Shown: positions 29,980-39,430 of the stretch, in pieces
Numbering within the stretch: position 1 is the first letter of the stretch
Layout of the letters: each line of letters starts with the position of its first letter
Origin: Gemmatimonadota bacterium
GTDB taxonomy: Bacteria; Gemmatimonadota; Gemmatimonadetes; Gemmatimonadales; GWC2-71-9
Length of the DNA: 64,000 nucleotides
Direction of reading: 5' to 3'
Assembly: GCA_036679645.1 (NCBI GenBank)
Contig: JAZDCY010000035.1
Span: forward strand, 42,253-106,252
The notes under the pieces: generated by a model
What the model was told of the DNA's origin: nothing
Seen by the model: only the letters and a program-made list of their open reading frames with translations
Databases searched by the model: none
Program-made: the position numbers and the translations under genes

Positions 29980-31325
29980 GGCGCCTCGCGGTCGGGAAGG
30001 AGATGGGGGATGGCACGTTCGAGTCGCATGCCACGCGACGCTTTCAGCAATATGAACTCGTTGCCCCTGAGCCGGCCGGCAACCGCGCGCCCCAGGTCGT
30101 CGGCGTCATCCGCCACGATCAGTCTGTCACCGAGGGCCGACCGATGCCGCTCGAGTGCGGGGACGAAGGCCCCGACGGCGCCAATCAGCATTGGGTCCGC
30201 CGCGAGAATCAGATCCGCTACCCGGTCGTGCTCCGCCTGAGAGGCGGACCCCAACTCTAGCATCGTCCCGACGACGACCACCAGCGGGCGGTGGCCGCGC
30301 AGGGATTCCACCGTCGCGAGCGCGGCCTCGACCGAGGCCGGGTTCGCGTTGTACGTGTCGTCGAGCACAACGCGCTCGCCGGCGCGCAGCAAATCACAGC
30401 GTCCGGCCGGAAGCCGCACGCCCTCTAGCGCGCCCGCTGCACGCGCCACATCCACGTCGAGCACCCGGCCTGTGGCGAGCGCGAGCATAGCGTTGTCCCC
30501 TTGATGGCGCCCGATCGCCGGGATTGTGGCGCGCGCGCCCGCGACCTCCAGCACACAACGTCCGTCGGGATCGAGGTGCCATGCGTCTGGATGGACATCC
30601 GCATTCGGCTCGAGTCCGGCAGTCACCACCCGTTGGCTCGAGGCTCGGGCACGCGTCACGAGTTCGGGGGGCGTCGTCCCAACAATCGCCACCGGCACAC
30701 CCTGGAGCAGTGAGACCTTCTCGTCCAAGACGCCGCGTTCGGATCCGAAGCCCTCTACATGTCCCCGCGTGACGTTCGTGATCACACCAATGGTCGGTGC
30801 GATCACTTCACGCAACCTGCCGATCTCGCCGAGTTCGCTGGCTCCTGCTTCGACGACCAGCGCGTCGGTACTTTGCGGAGCACCGAGGATCGTGAGGGGG
30901 ACACCGATCTCGTTGTTCAGATTCGCTCGCGTGGCATGGACTTGCCAGGACGTCCCCAAAACGGCTGCGATGAATTCCTTGGTAGACGTCTTCCCGTTCG
31001 TCCCGGTGACGGCGACAACTGGCCCGGCAATCTGACGCCGACGGTGGTGCGCCAATCGGCCGAGCGCACGGAGGGTATCGTCCACCACGAAGAGGGTGAG
31101 GTCGGGAACGTCGGGAGTGCCTCGCCTCACGACCGCGCCCGCCGCCCCGCGATGCCGCGCGTCGTCCAGGAACGCGTGGCCGTCGTACCGGGCTCCTTCG
31201 AGCGCTACATACAGCTCACCGCGCCCAAGCGTTCGCGTATCGGTGGAAACGCCGGTGAAGCGCCCCTCGTTGGGAGCGCTCGTGCCGAGTGCCTCCGCGA
31301 CGGCCGCAGCTGTCCACGTGGTCAC
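29961..31325 (-). CDS. murF: UDP-MurNAc-tripeptide--D-Ala-D-Ala ligase
   Basis: TGTNGKTSTKE, NLNNEIG, DTYNANP, MLELG, KASRG. Confidence 0.95.
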   Translation of the reverse strand: MTTWTAAAVAEALGTSAPNEGRFTGVSTDTRTLGRGELYVALEGARYDGHAFLDDARHRGAAGAVVRRGTPDVPDLTLFVVDDTLRALGRLAHHRRRQIAGPVVAVTGTNGKTSTKEFIAAVLGTSWQVHATRANLNNEIGVPLTILGAPQSTDALVVEAGASELGEIGRLREVIAPTIGVITNVTRGHVEGFGSERGVLDEKVSLLQGVPVAIVGTTPPELVTRARASSQRVVTAGLEPNADVHPDAWHLDPDGRCVLEVAGARATIPAIGRHQGDNAMLALATGRVLDVDVARAAGALEGVRLPAGRCDLLRAGERVVLDDTYNANPASVEAALATVESLRGHRPLVVVVGTMLELGSASQAEHDRVADLILAADPMLIGAVGAFVPALERHRSALGDRLIVADDADDLGRAVAGRLRGNEFILLKASRGMRLERAIPHLLPDREAPCSTTS

Positions 31326-32785
31326 GCGGCGGCCCCTCCCAACGCCTCGTGCACGATACTGCGCTCATCGAAGGGCAGTTTCTCGGTCCCGATGATCTGG
31401 TAGGTCTCATGACCCTTGCCAGCCAGCAGAAGACAGTCGCCCGGTCCAAGAAGCGTGACAGCTTGACGAATCGCATCGCGGCGGTCGACGATCCGCATGT
31501 GCGAGGCGTCGCCCATCCCCGCCTCGATCTCGTCCACGATTGCACTTGGATCTTCTGTGCGCGGATTGTCGGAGGTCACGACGGCAAGGTCGGCGCCGCG
31601 AACGGCAACCGCTCCCATGAGGGCCCGTTTCCCCCGGTCACGGTCACCACCGGCCCCGAAGAGCACGATCAGACGCCCGCCGGTCAGCGGCCGTAACGCG
31701 CCCAGCGCTCGCTCCAGGGCGTCGGGCGTGTGCGCGTAATCCCGCAAGATCGTGAATGGCTCACTCCGAATGCGCTCCATGCGACCGGGTACCTGAGGCG
31801 CCGCGGCCAGCGCCACCGCGATCGCTTCGGACGAGCTGCCAAGGGCCCACGCGGTAGCTGCCGCCGCAAGCGCGTTGTGCACGTTGAATGCGCCGAGCAG
31901 CGGCAGCCGGACGTCTGCCGCCACGCCATCGAAGGACGTGCGGAAGGTACTGCCTGCAACGGAACATGCGACGTCGTCCGCGCGCACGACTGCACCAGCA
32001 CCACGCCCATACGTCACGCGGCGGATGCCTTGCCGGATTGGCAGTGACACCCACGCCGGGTCATCGACATTCACGATTTCAACGCCGTCGTCGCGCAGCA
32101 GGTGGGCTAGTCGGAGCTTCGCATCCCGATAGGTGTCTTCGTCTCGGTGATAGTCGAGGTGATCGCGGGTCAGGTTTGTGAAGACAGCTGCGCGCATGGA
32201 CACGTCCGCGACGCGCTGCTGATCGAGCGCATGCGACGATACCTCCATCACGACCGTCTGCGCGCCGCTACGCAGTATCGTGGCGAGTGCTTCCTGAACC
32301 ATGAACGGACCGGGAGTCGTGAGACCGGCGTCGTCGGGCAACGCGGCTCCGCTGCCGTCTATGCCTCCCAACGTGCCCAACGCCCCAACACGTCCACCGG
32401 CGTTCAAGAGATGGCGGATCAGGGTCACGGTTGTCGACTTTCCGTTGGTGCCCGTGACGCCAACCACTGTCAGCGCGTCGGCCGGCCGTTCGTACCACGC
32501 GGCGGCTGCGACCGAGGCGGCAACGCGGGAATCGCGCACGAGCAGCTGGGGGAGTGCAACGTCGAGGCGCCTCGCGACCACCAACGCCGCCGCACCGCGG
32601 TTGGCGGCATCCGTCGCGAAGTCGTGCCCGTCGGCCACGCTGCCCTCGACAGCGAAAAAGACCATCCCCGGCCGCACGAGACGAGAGTCGTCGGTCGCAC
32701 CTGTGACTGTGGGCATGGTATCGGGCCGCCCGATGAGTTGTCCCGCCCCTTCCAGCGCGTCCACCACCGCATGGATGGTACTCAT
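31322..32785 (-). CDS. murE: UDP-MurNAc-dipeptide--meso-DAP ligase
   Basis: TGTNGKST, MEVSSH, DHLDYH, DYAHTPD, DNPR (DAP-type motif), AGKGHE. Confidence 0.96.
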   Translation of the reverse strand: MSTIHAVVDALEGAGQLIGRPDTMPTVTGATDDSRLVRPGMVFFAVEGSVADGHDFATDAANRGAAALVVARRLDVALPQLLVRDSRVAASVAAAAWYERPADALTVVGVTGTNGKSTTVTLIRHLLNAGGRVGALGTLGGIDGSGAALPDDAGLTTPGPFMVQEALATILRSGAQTVVMEVSSHALDQQRVADVSMRAAVFTNLTRDHLDYHRDEDTYRDAKLRLAHLLRDDGVEIVNVDDPAWVSLPIRQGIRRVTYGRGAGAVVRADDVACSVAGSTFRTSFDGVAADVRLPLLGAFNVHNALAAAATAWALGSSSEAIAVALAAAPQVPGRMERIRSEPFTILRDYAHTPDALERALGALRPLTGGRLIVLFGAGGDRDRGKRALMGAVAVRGADLAVVTSDNPRTEDPSAIVDEIEAGMGDASHMRIVDRRDAIRQAVTLLGPGDCLLLAGKGHETYQIIGTEKLPFDERSIVHEALGGAAA

Positions 32786-34710
32786 CGGGTTTCCTGCGCG
32801 ACCAATCGAACGATGGTTCCGGGAGGCAGGCTGTCTCCCGATGACGGATCTACCCGAGTCACGCGACCCCATCCATCGACGCGCGCACGGAGCCCTGCGT
32901 CGTGCACCCGGCTGAGCGCGGCGCGGAGCGTCAGGCCAACCACCTCGGGTACGACCCGCGTGCCGCCAACGGGCCGGGTCCCGCTACCGGGCCACGCGAC
33001 CACGATGCGCGTTGCGCCACGGACGGGCGGGGCGGCGACGCGTGCCGGCGGTGCGACGCGACGTGGGAGCCGACTGCGATCGAGGGCTCCGGTTTGTGCG
33101 CCGAGGATCTGCTCGAGCATCAGCCGCGTGAGCGGGGCAGCCGTGAGCGTCGCATAGGTGCCCGCGGGATTCTCCAGTTTCACTACCATCGCGAGCTGCG
33201 GATCCTCAGCCGGAAAGAGCGACGCGAAGACCGCGATGTGCGAGCCCGCTACGTACCCGCCCGGGCCGGCGACTCGCGCGGTACCGGTCTTTCCCGCTAC
33301 CTCGTACACGCTAAGCGCTGCGGTCGCACCCGTCCCTCCCTGCGCCGTCACACTCCGCAGCATGCCGCGCAGCCGCAGCGCCACATCCCGCGAGACGGCA
33401 CGGCGAATCGGTTCGGGCCGCATGTCATACACGACCGAACCGCCCGCATCCCGGATTTCGCGAACCAGTCTCGGGCGGAGCATGACACCGTCGTTGGCGA
33501 TCGCCGCATACGCCAGGGCGAGTTGGAGTGGTGTGACCGCAACTTCGTACCCGATCGAGAGCGCCGTTGCCGTTGTGCCGCTCCAGTTTTCGGGACGCTT
33601 GAGGATGCCACGGGATTCCGACGGGAACTCGACACCGGTCGGGGTGCCGAAGCCGAACGCCCGCAGAAACCGAAAACGCTCGGCGGGTTCGAGGCGTGAC
33701 GCGAACTTCACGGTGCCGATGTTGCTGGAGACTCTAATTGCCTGTTCGAGCGTCATCCAGTCGAAGTCGAGTTCGTGATCGTCCTCGAGCACGCGGTACG
33801 GCAGCACCCAACGGCCGCCCTCCCCGTAAACGGAATCCGACAGCCCGACCAGGCCCAGGTCGAGCAGTGCGGCGGCGGCGAAGATCTTTGCCGTGGATCC
33901 CGGTTCGAATACGGACGTGAATACGCCGGACGTACGCCGGCCGTCTGCGCGGAGCGACATGGCCGCGAGGATCTCGCCGGTGTGCGGCGCCAGCACAACG
34001 ACATCCCCCCCATCCGCCCCGTAGCGGGCCACCGCCTCGCGCAGCACGGTCTCGACGATCTCTTGGACAGCGGCATCGATCGTGAGCCAGATATCGTGGC
34101 CGGCCACCGGGAACGCATCCCGCCGCGACGGCGATTCGTACACGCGACCCCGACCGTCCCGAATCTCGACACCTCGTCCCGGTCGGCCGGTGAGCAGGGA
34201 GTCGAACACCCGCTCGATACCGCTTGCGGGACGCCCGTCGGCCGCGGGCCGCCCAAGGAGCGCCGCTGCGAGGTCGGGATCGGGGTAGAAGCGACCGAAC
34301 TCGCTCAAGAGATGAACTCCACGTATGCGCCGCAGCGGGTGCACCTGGGCAGACGTGAATGTGCCGTGGTAGTACACCCACGGTTGTCGGAAATCACGGC
34401 GCAACTGGTTTTCGGGAATACCGAGCGCCCGGCTGATCAGGGAGCGATCGGCATCGGGCGTGAGCAGCTCGCCCGGCGCAATGCCGACGTGGAAGCTCTC
34501 CTGTGTAACCGCCAGCGGTACCCCATTGCGATCGTACAACGCGCCCCGCGGCGCCGGCAACGCGACCGAGTCAGTGCGCTGGCGGGTGGCACGGCGAGCA
34601 TACACCGCCCCCTGCGCAAGCTGGACCTGGGCCGCGCGCACCAGCAACAGCGCGAACGCCATTGCGAACGCGGCGGCCAAGACCGTGAGGCGAACCTCGA
34701 GTCTGGCCAT
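32782..34710 (-). CDS. ftsI: Class B penicillin-binding protein FtsI with a PASTA domain
   Basis: RGALYDRNG, EPGSTAK (SxxK), SSN, KTGT, C-terminal VPEVVGLTLR. Confidence 0.93.
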   Translation of the reverse strand: MARLEVRLTVLAAAFAMAFALLLVRAAQVQLAQGAVYARRATRQRTDSVALPAPRGALYDRNGVPLAVTQESFHVGIAPGELLTPDADRSLISRALGIPENQLRRDFRQPWVYYHGTFTSAQVHPLRRIRGVHLLSEFGRFYPDPDLAAALLGRPAADGRPASGIERVFDSLLTGRPGRGVEIRDGRGRVYESPSRRDAFPVAGHDIWLTIDAAVQEIVETVLREAVARYGADGGDVVVLAPHTGEILAAMSLRADGRRTSGVFTSVFEPGSTAKIFAAAALLDLGLVGLSDSVYGEGGRWVLPYRVLEDDHELDFDWMTLEQAIRVSSNIGTVKFASRLEPAERFRFLRAFGFGTPTGVEFPSESRGILKRPENWSGTTATALSIGYEVAVTPLQLALAYAAIANDGVMLRPRLVREIRDAGGSVVYDMRPEPIRRAVSRDVALRLRGMLRSVTAQGGTGATAALSVYEVAGKTGTARVAGPGGYVAGSHIAVFASLFPAEDPQLAMVVKLENPAGTYATLTAAPLTRLMLEQILGAQTGALDRSRLPRRVAPPARVAAPPVRGATRIVVAWPGSGTRPVGGTRVVPEVVGLTLRAALSRVHDAGLRARVDGWGRVTRVDPSSGDSLPPGTIVRLVAQETR

Positions 34711-34714
34711 GGGG

Positions 34715-35002
34715 TCAGCGTGTATCGGGCACGGGCACCTGCAGAATGATGATCTCCGAGTCGTCGGGCAAGCGGAGTCCCAGGGATTCCGCCCGGGGCA
34801 CGAGCACCGAGAGACCGGTGGCTTCCCGAATTCGCCGTTGGAGTGCCGATTTCTCCGCTTCTGCAGCCGATCGATCTGACCGCATCTCCCGTAATTTCGC
34901 TGCGAGCACAACGCTCGCGGTCTGTCGCGTCGTGACCCATGCCAGAACTCCCAGCAGGAACACGAGCCAGAGCACGAACATGTGCCTTCCTCTAGCCGCC
35001 AT
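34715..35002 (-). CDS. ftsL: Cell division protein FtsL-like
   Basis: TM followed by a coiled coil and AESLGL; lies between rsmH and ftsI. Confidence 0.7.
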   Translation of the reverse strand: MAARGRHMFVLWLVFLLGVLAWVTTRQTASVVLAAKLREMRSDRSAAEAEKSALQRRIREATGLSVLVPRAESLGLRLPDDSEIIILQVPVPDTR

Positions 35003-35907
35003 TATTCGTGCTCGAACACACGCAGTCGGGCGCTGCGCGCCCGTGGGTTGTCTGCCACCTCGGCGTCATCCGCCATGATTGGTCTTCGCGTCACGAGCCG
35101 ACCTAGGGCGTGTCCTCGGCATCGACAGACCGGAAACTCCGGGGGGCAGACGCATGTACGGCACCATTCGCGAAAGGTGTGCTTCACGATTCGATCCTCG
35201 CCCGAATGATACGCGATCACCGCCAGCAACCCCGCCGGACGCAGGGCATCCCGGAGCAGGGGTAATCCCCGCTCCAACTCCTCGAGCTCGCGATTGACCG
35301 CTATGCGCACTGCCTGAAACAGTCGCGCGAAGTCTCCGGGCCCCGACCGCGGTCCCAGCACCTGCCGGATGGCGTTCACGAGGTCGTCACTGATGGTGAA
35401 CGCGTGCCGGGCCCGGCGGGCCACGATCGCCCGAGCCAACGGCCGTGCCCGCCGTTCGTCCGCATGTGTCCGGAACAGAATGGCTAGGTCCTGCTCGGAC
35501 ATCTCGTTGAGGAGATCCGCTGCCGAGGGTCCCTTCCCGGACATACGCATGTCCAGCACGACGCCGGGTCGGAACGAGAACCCGCGGACATCGCAATCGA
35601 TTTGGTGGGAGGAGACCCCGAGATCGAGCAATATGAAGTCGGGACCGAACCGGGCGATAGCGGCGAGGATCTCCGGGGCCGCAAAGCAGCCACTGACCCA
35701 TGTGGCGCCTTCGGTGGCTAGCCGCGCCCGCGCAGCCGTCACCGCCTCGGGATCCCGGTCGATGGCGAGCACTTCGGCACCGGCATTCCGGAGAATGGCG
35801 GTGTGGCCACCGCCCCCGGCGGTCCCGTCCACGGCGCGCCGCCGGCCCCGAGCGAGCCGGGCGATCTGCTGGGCAAGAACTGGGGTGTGAAAATCGGCGC
35901 GCGTCAT
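35002..35907 (-). CDS. rsmH: 16S rRNA m4C1402 methyltransferase
   Basis: HTPVL, DGTAGGGGH, DLGVSSHQ, FQAVRIAVNRE, YHSGEDR, NPRARSARLR. Confidence 0.96.
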   Translation of the reverse strand: MTRADFHTPVLAQQIARLARGRRRAVDGTAGGGGHTAILRNAGAEVLAIDRDPEAVTAARARLATEGATWVSGCFAAPEILAAIARFGPDFILLDLGVSSHQIDCDVRGFSFRPGVVLDMRMSGKGPSAADLLNEMSEQDLAILFRTHADERRARPLARAIVARRARHAFTISDDLVNAIRQVLGPRSGPGDFARLFQAVRIAVNRELEELERGLPLLRDALRPAGLLAVIAYHSGEDRIVKHTFREWCRTCVCPPEFPVCRCRGHALGRLVTRRPIMADDAEVADNPRARSARLRVFEHE

Positions 35908-36067
35908 GGGGAATCGAGGTAGCGGCGGACGATCCGGAGCACCCTCCCATCGCCTATCCGGTTCTGCAGCTTTCCCACTGAGCGCCACCATGACGTTCTC
36001 GCGCGCAACCACCTGCTCCATCAGCGGGGGATTCCCAACCCCAAGTCACCATCCATGCTGGGCACAC

Positions 36068-36102
36068 AAACAAAGGGCCCCGCCGGCGATGCGGGCGGGG
36101 CC
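36068..36102 (-). terminator. Rho-independent terminator downstream of tRNA-Asp
   Basis: GGCCCCGCC, 9-nt loop, GGCGGGGCC, followed by CTTTGTTT. Confidence 0.7.
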
Positions 36103-36128
36103 ACTCGACCTGCCTTGGCGCGGAACGA

Positions 36129-36203
36129 CGGGGCTGACGGGGCTCGAACCCGCGACCTCCGGTGTGACAGACCGGCACTCTAACCAAGCTGAGCTACAGC
36201 CCC
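36129..36203 (-). tRNA. tRNA-Asp(GTC)
   Basis: GGGGCTG/CAGCCCC acceptor stem, anticodon arm CCGGT-CTGTCAC-ACCGG, GGTTCGAG T-loop. CCA not encoded. Confidence 0.97.
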
Positions 36204-36220
36204 CTGATCATGAACCTTGA

Positions 36221-36249
36221 AAGCTAGAGAGATCCATCCGCGGATTCAA
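36221..36249 (-). promoter_or_regulatory. Sigma70-like promoter for tRNA-Asp
   Basis: TTGAAT, 17 nt, TAGCTT, ending 17 nt upstream of the tRNA. Confidence 0.5.
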
Positions 36250-36259
36250 GCAATGCAGC

Positions 36260-38050
36260 TCACGGGCATTCCCAGGCCGGTCCGTATGTCTCCACAGCCC
36301 CCTCGTACCGCCCGACGAACTCCAGGATTTGGGTCGCGGTCTGCTCGCTGACGCTGCGCCCTGCTTCCATTGCCGCACGCGCCTTCGCGAGGCGCTCGGC
36401 CTCCAAGGTGGCCATCTCGCACGACTCCGACTCGCGGACCTGAGTATCGAGTTCTGTGACGTTGAAGAAGTACGCAAGTCCTAGGAAGAAATTCGCGGGC
36501 GTAGCGATGCTCCCCCGGAAGACGCCGGCCGAATCCGGCCGAGCTCGCAGGTCGTGCGCGATTGCCTGCTCCAACAGATGCGCCCCTAGCAGCAGGTGGG
36601 GCAGCAACCGCGCCTGGGCGATCCGGGATCCTGGGTTGTAGTACAGTGCAGCCACGTTCATTGACGTCGCGGTGTCGGTCGACCGGGCCGAGACTAGTTG
36701 CAGCAGCACATCCGCCCTCAGCAAACGGGCCGTGTCGAGTGGCGTGATCGTGTCGATGAGGAGCGTGCTGTCCAGCAGCAACTGCGCGGCGGCGAGTGCG
36801 CTCCCGATCTGTGTCGAATCGATCCCGATGATACGATCATATGCGTCGAGTGCGCCGTCTCGATCGTCTACCGCCTTGAGCGACGCTGCTCGCGCGCGCC
36901 AAAGAGATACCACATTGGAGAACCTCTCGACGGCCTCACCCGTCCACTGCAGCATCGCTTCATGATTCTCCAGCGCCTGCGCCGCGCCGATCACCCGCTG
37001 GAAGAACACCGTATCACCAGCGAGCGACGAATCGATGGGGTACTCCTCACTCAGCGCATCCAGCGCGCACTGCCAGATTGCACCCTCGACGCATGCGCGC
37101 GCCTTTATTTGCAGCGTTGGGAGATCGAGCGGGTTCCGATCGAGCGCGTACTGGAGCAGGTCCGCCGCTTCCTGGTAACGCCCCGCCTGAATGAACGCAC
37201 CTGCGATCCCGTGGCGCAGCTGGATGTTATTGGGATCTGCTCGGAGTTGATGCTCGAACGCATCCACACCGCGTGCCGTATCGCCCGCATCCAACAGCCG
37301 GCGGCCGAGCATCGCCCAGGCGTCGTCGTTGAGCGAGTCTCCTTCGACGGCACGCTCGAGCGCACCGATCATGCTGTCGCGCGGCTGCTGCTGCGCCTCG
37401 AACAGTAGGGCGAGACACATGGCCGCGGACGGGTGATCGCTGACCAGCGCGAAGGCCTTGTCCGCGCGGTCGTGTGCGCCTCGGAAGTCGCTTCGCTCAC
37501 GACGCTCGTTGCACTGCCGCGCGAACTCGGCGGCCTTTATGTGATCGTCGAGTCCGTCGGATACGTGGCGTGCGAACCGCTCGACACCACGATCACTCGC
37601 CCCGGCGAAACGGATCCAGCCCGAGAGTCCCGAACGCGCATTGTCAACCAGCCGTAGCGTCACGCGCAGGCTGTCGGACGCCCCGAACCACCCGACGATG
37701 TACCCGCTGGCCTGAAGGAACCGCGCCAGCGCGTTGCCGTTCTCGGGCGGCAGAATGGCGTTGCAGTCGAAGCCGGACGCTTCGAGCGCCTCGCAGATCG
37801 TTTCGGTCGGAATAATACGGAGCTTGTATCTATACTTTGATTCCATCCGGTCGCGCAGTTCACTCGCGAAGGCCACCGCGAGCGTAGAGTCGGCCCCGCC
37901 CACCGGAACCGGTGGGAGCACGAGCACGCGTTCATTCGACCGACGGCCCCCGGAGAGTTGCGCATGCAGCTCGCCGGGCGCGGCGGCGAGGACACACATC
38001 GCGACGACGACCAACGCGCCGTGCCGTTTGGAGCTTACCAACTTTCGCAC
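36260..38050 (-). CDS. Secreted TPR-repeat protein
   Basis: GTG after GGAGG, signal peptide ending LHA-Q, an alpha/beta N-terminal domain and multiple TPR-like helices. Confidence 0.7.
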   Translation of the reverse strand: MRKLVSSKRHGALVVVAMCVLAAAPGELHAQLSGGRRSNERVLVLPPVPVGGADSTLAVAFASELRDRMESKYRYKLRIIPTETICEALEASGFDCNAILPPENGNALARFLQASGYIVGWFGASDSLRVTLRLVDNARSGLSGWIRFAGASDRGVERFARHVSDGLDDHIKAAEFARQCNERRERSDFRGAHDRADKAFALVSDHPSAAMCLALLFEAQQQPRDSMIGALERAVEGDSLNDDAWAMLGRRLLDAGDTARGVDAFEHQLRADPNNIQLRHGIAGAFIQAGRYQEAADLLQYALDRNPLDLPTLQIKARACVEGAIWQCALDALSEEYPIDSSLAGDTVFFQRVIGAAQALENHEAMLQWTGEAVERFSNVVSLWRARAASLKAVDDRDGALDAYDRIIGIDSTQIGSALAAAQLLLDSTLLIDTITPLDTARLLRADVLLQLVSARSTDTATSMNVAALYYNPGSRIAQARLLPHLLLGAHLLEQAIAHDLRARPDSAGVFRGSIATPANFFLGLAYFFNVTELDTQVRESESCEMATLEAERLAKARAAMEAGRSVSEQTATQILEFVGRYEGAVETYGPAWECP

Positions 38051-38123
38051 GCTACCGACCTCCGAGATACCACCATCTGATGACGCCACTCATCGACCCT
38101 GGGTCGCCCACATCTCACCTCAA

Positions 38124-38198
38124 TGGGCGAAGAGGGATTCGAACCCCCGACTTCCTGCGTGTAAAGCAGGCGCTCTGGACCAGCTGAGCTATTCGCCC
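38124..38198 (-). tRNA. tRNA-Val(TAC)
   Basis: GGGCGAA/TTCGCCC acceptor stem, CCTGC-TTTACAC-GCAGG anticodon arm, GGTTCGAATCC. CCA not encoded. Confidence 0.97.
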
Positions 38199-38212
38199 GC
38201 AACCAGCCCCCG

Positions 38213-38398
38213 CTACAGCGCGAGGCCGAGCGGAAAGAACACGCAATACCCAAGCACGAGCAAGATCGGAGCCAGCGTCGTGTCCCCACCCGCGAGCAGC
38301 GCATACCCCGCAGCGAGGGACAAGACCGCCGCTGCCAGGAACGCAATGTTCCGTGGTCCGAAGTGCAGCTTGGCGGCCGACGCTCCCTTGTCCGACAT
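38213..38398 (-). CDS. Small two-TM membrane protein (DUF3098-like)
   Basis: LHFGPRN...AGYALL...TLAPILLVLGY pattern. Confidence 0.7.
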   Translation of the reverse strand: MSDKGASAAKLHFGPRNIAFLAAAVLSLAAGYALLAGGDTTLAPILLVLGYCVFFPLGLAL

Positions 38399-38406
38399 AG
38401 ACACTC

Positions 38407-38435
38407 AGGCTAACCGTAGGTTCCAACCCCGTCAA
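38407..38435 (-). promoter_or_regulatory. Sigma70-like promoter (leaderless) for the small membrane gene and tRNA-Val
   Basis: TTGACG, 17 nt, TAGCCT, then 8 nt to ATG 38398. Confidence 0.6.
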
Positions 38436-39430
38436 GCATCGGTACTTGGGGCGTCTGGGGGGAGGACCCAGCCGTCGTCCAGTCGTGCCCGCCGGAGCTG
38501 ATCGTCGCGTCGGCGACGCCACCACAACAGGCCCACCAGAACCACGGTCACGGACCAGAACACGGCAAACGACGTGAATATCTGGAGCCACCCGTAGCGG
38601 CTGCGAAGCTCACGCTGCCACAGCCCTTCGAATTGCGCCAGCGAGACCAGGTGCGTGCGCCGGACCGCCAAATCGAAACTCCGCACATCCCGCAGGTTCT
38701 CGAGGAACGGGGCGAGCCCTCGCTCGCCGCCGATCCGCTCCAGGAATAGAACCGCCGCCGTAGAGAGCGCATAGGCAGCGTGTGCGTGCGCGGGCCCCGA
38801 GCGCAGCTCCCGGTTCAACCGGGCAAACGACGGAATATTCCCTTTGGCCAGTGTCCAATTGACACCGAGCGCGTCGAGCCGACCCCACTCGGCTGCCGCG
38901 CGCGCCGCGTACCCCTCGTCGAACCAGAGCGGAATCTGCGCCCTCGTGGCGCGATGTAGCGCCAGGTGCGCCAACTCGTGCCGCAGCGTGGTCAGGGGAT
39001 CGCCGGACACCCGAAGCACGATCGAGCCCGATCGGGGAAACGCCGCCGCGGCACTCCACGGCGGAAGACGGTGCGCGGTTACCGAGTCAAAACGCTCGCG
39101 CGATCGTGTCACCACCAGCCGGATCGGTAACGAGTCCACGCCGGGGAGACCGGGCCACCGCGCCGGTCGATCTGCAAGCTCGGCCAGAGCGGTGGCGAGT
39201 GCAGCATCACCCGCCCAGTAAACGGCGACCACCCGCCCGACGCGCACCGTCTCCGGCACCTGGGCCGGCAGCGCTACGGGTACGAGGGCCGCTAGGAGCG
39301 CGGCGGCTCTTCCCCCTGGGCCACGAGATCGAGCGTCTCTTTGCAGCGTTTCCCCCAGGGATTGAACTTGTTGGCCGCGAATCCCTTCTCCCAGGTCTCG
39401 TTGGCGCCCTCTCGATCGCCGGAGTACCAA
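38432..39430 (-). CDS. Peptidase MA-like zinc metalloprotease with a C-terminal membrane anchor (true start probably near 39300-39350)
   Basis: HELAH (HExxH) plus PLWFDEG, a signal-like LLAALVPVALPA-Q and a C-terminal TM followed by WWRRRR. Confidence 0.78.
   Translation of the reverse strand: MVLRRSRGRQRDLGEGIRGQQVQSLGETLQRDARSRGPGGRAAALLAALVPVALPAQVPETVRVGRVVAVYWAGDAALATALAELADRPARWPGLPGVDSLPIRLVVTRSRERFDSVTAHRLPPWSAAAAFPRSGSIVLRVSGDPLTTLRHELAHLALHRATRAQIPLWFDEGYAARAAAEWGRLDALGVNWTLAKGNIPSFARLNRELRSGPAHAHAAYALSTAAVLFLERIGGERGLAPFLENLRDVRSFDLAVRRTHLVSLAQFEGLWQRELRSRYGWLQIFTSFAVFWSVTVVLVGLLWWRRRRDDQLRRARLDDGWVLPPDAPSTDA

Noticed and set aside
36025..36060. MraZ-binding TGGG repeats upstream of rsmH
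   Set aside because: Only irregular TGG(G) runs without clear 10-bp periodicity, and mraZ is absent.
36129..38198. Genomic island integrated at tRNA-Asp or tRNA-Val
   Set aside because: No integrase, no duplicated tRNA 3' end and no obvious compositional shift.
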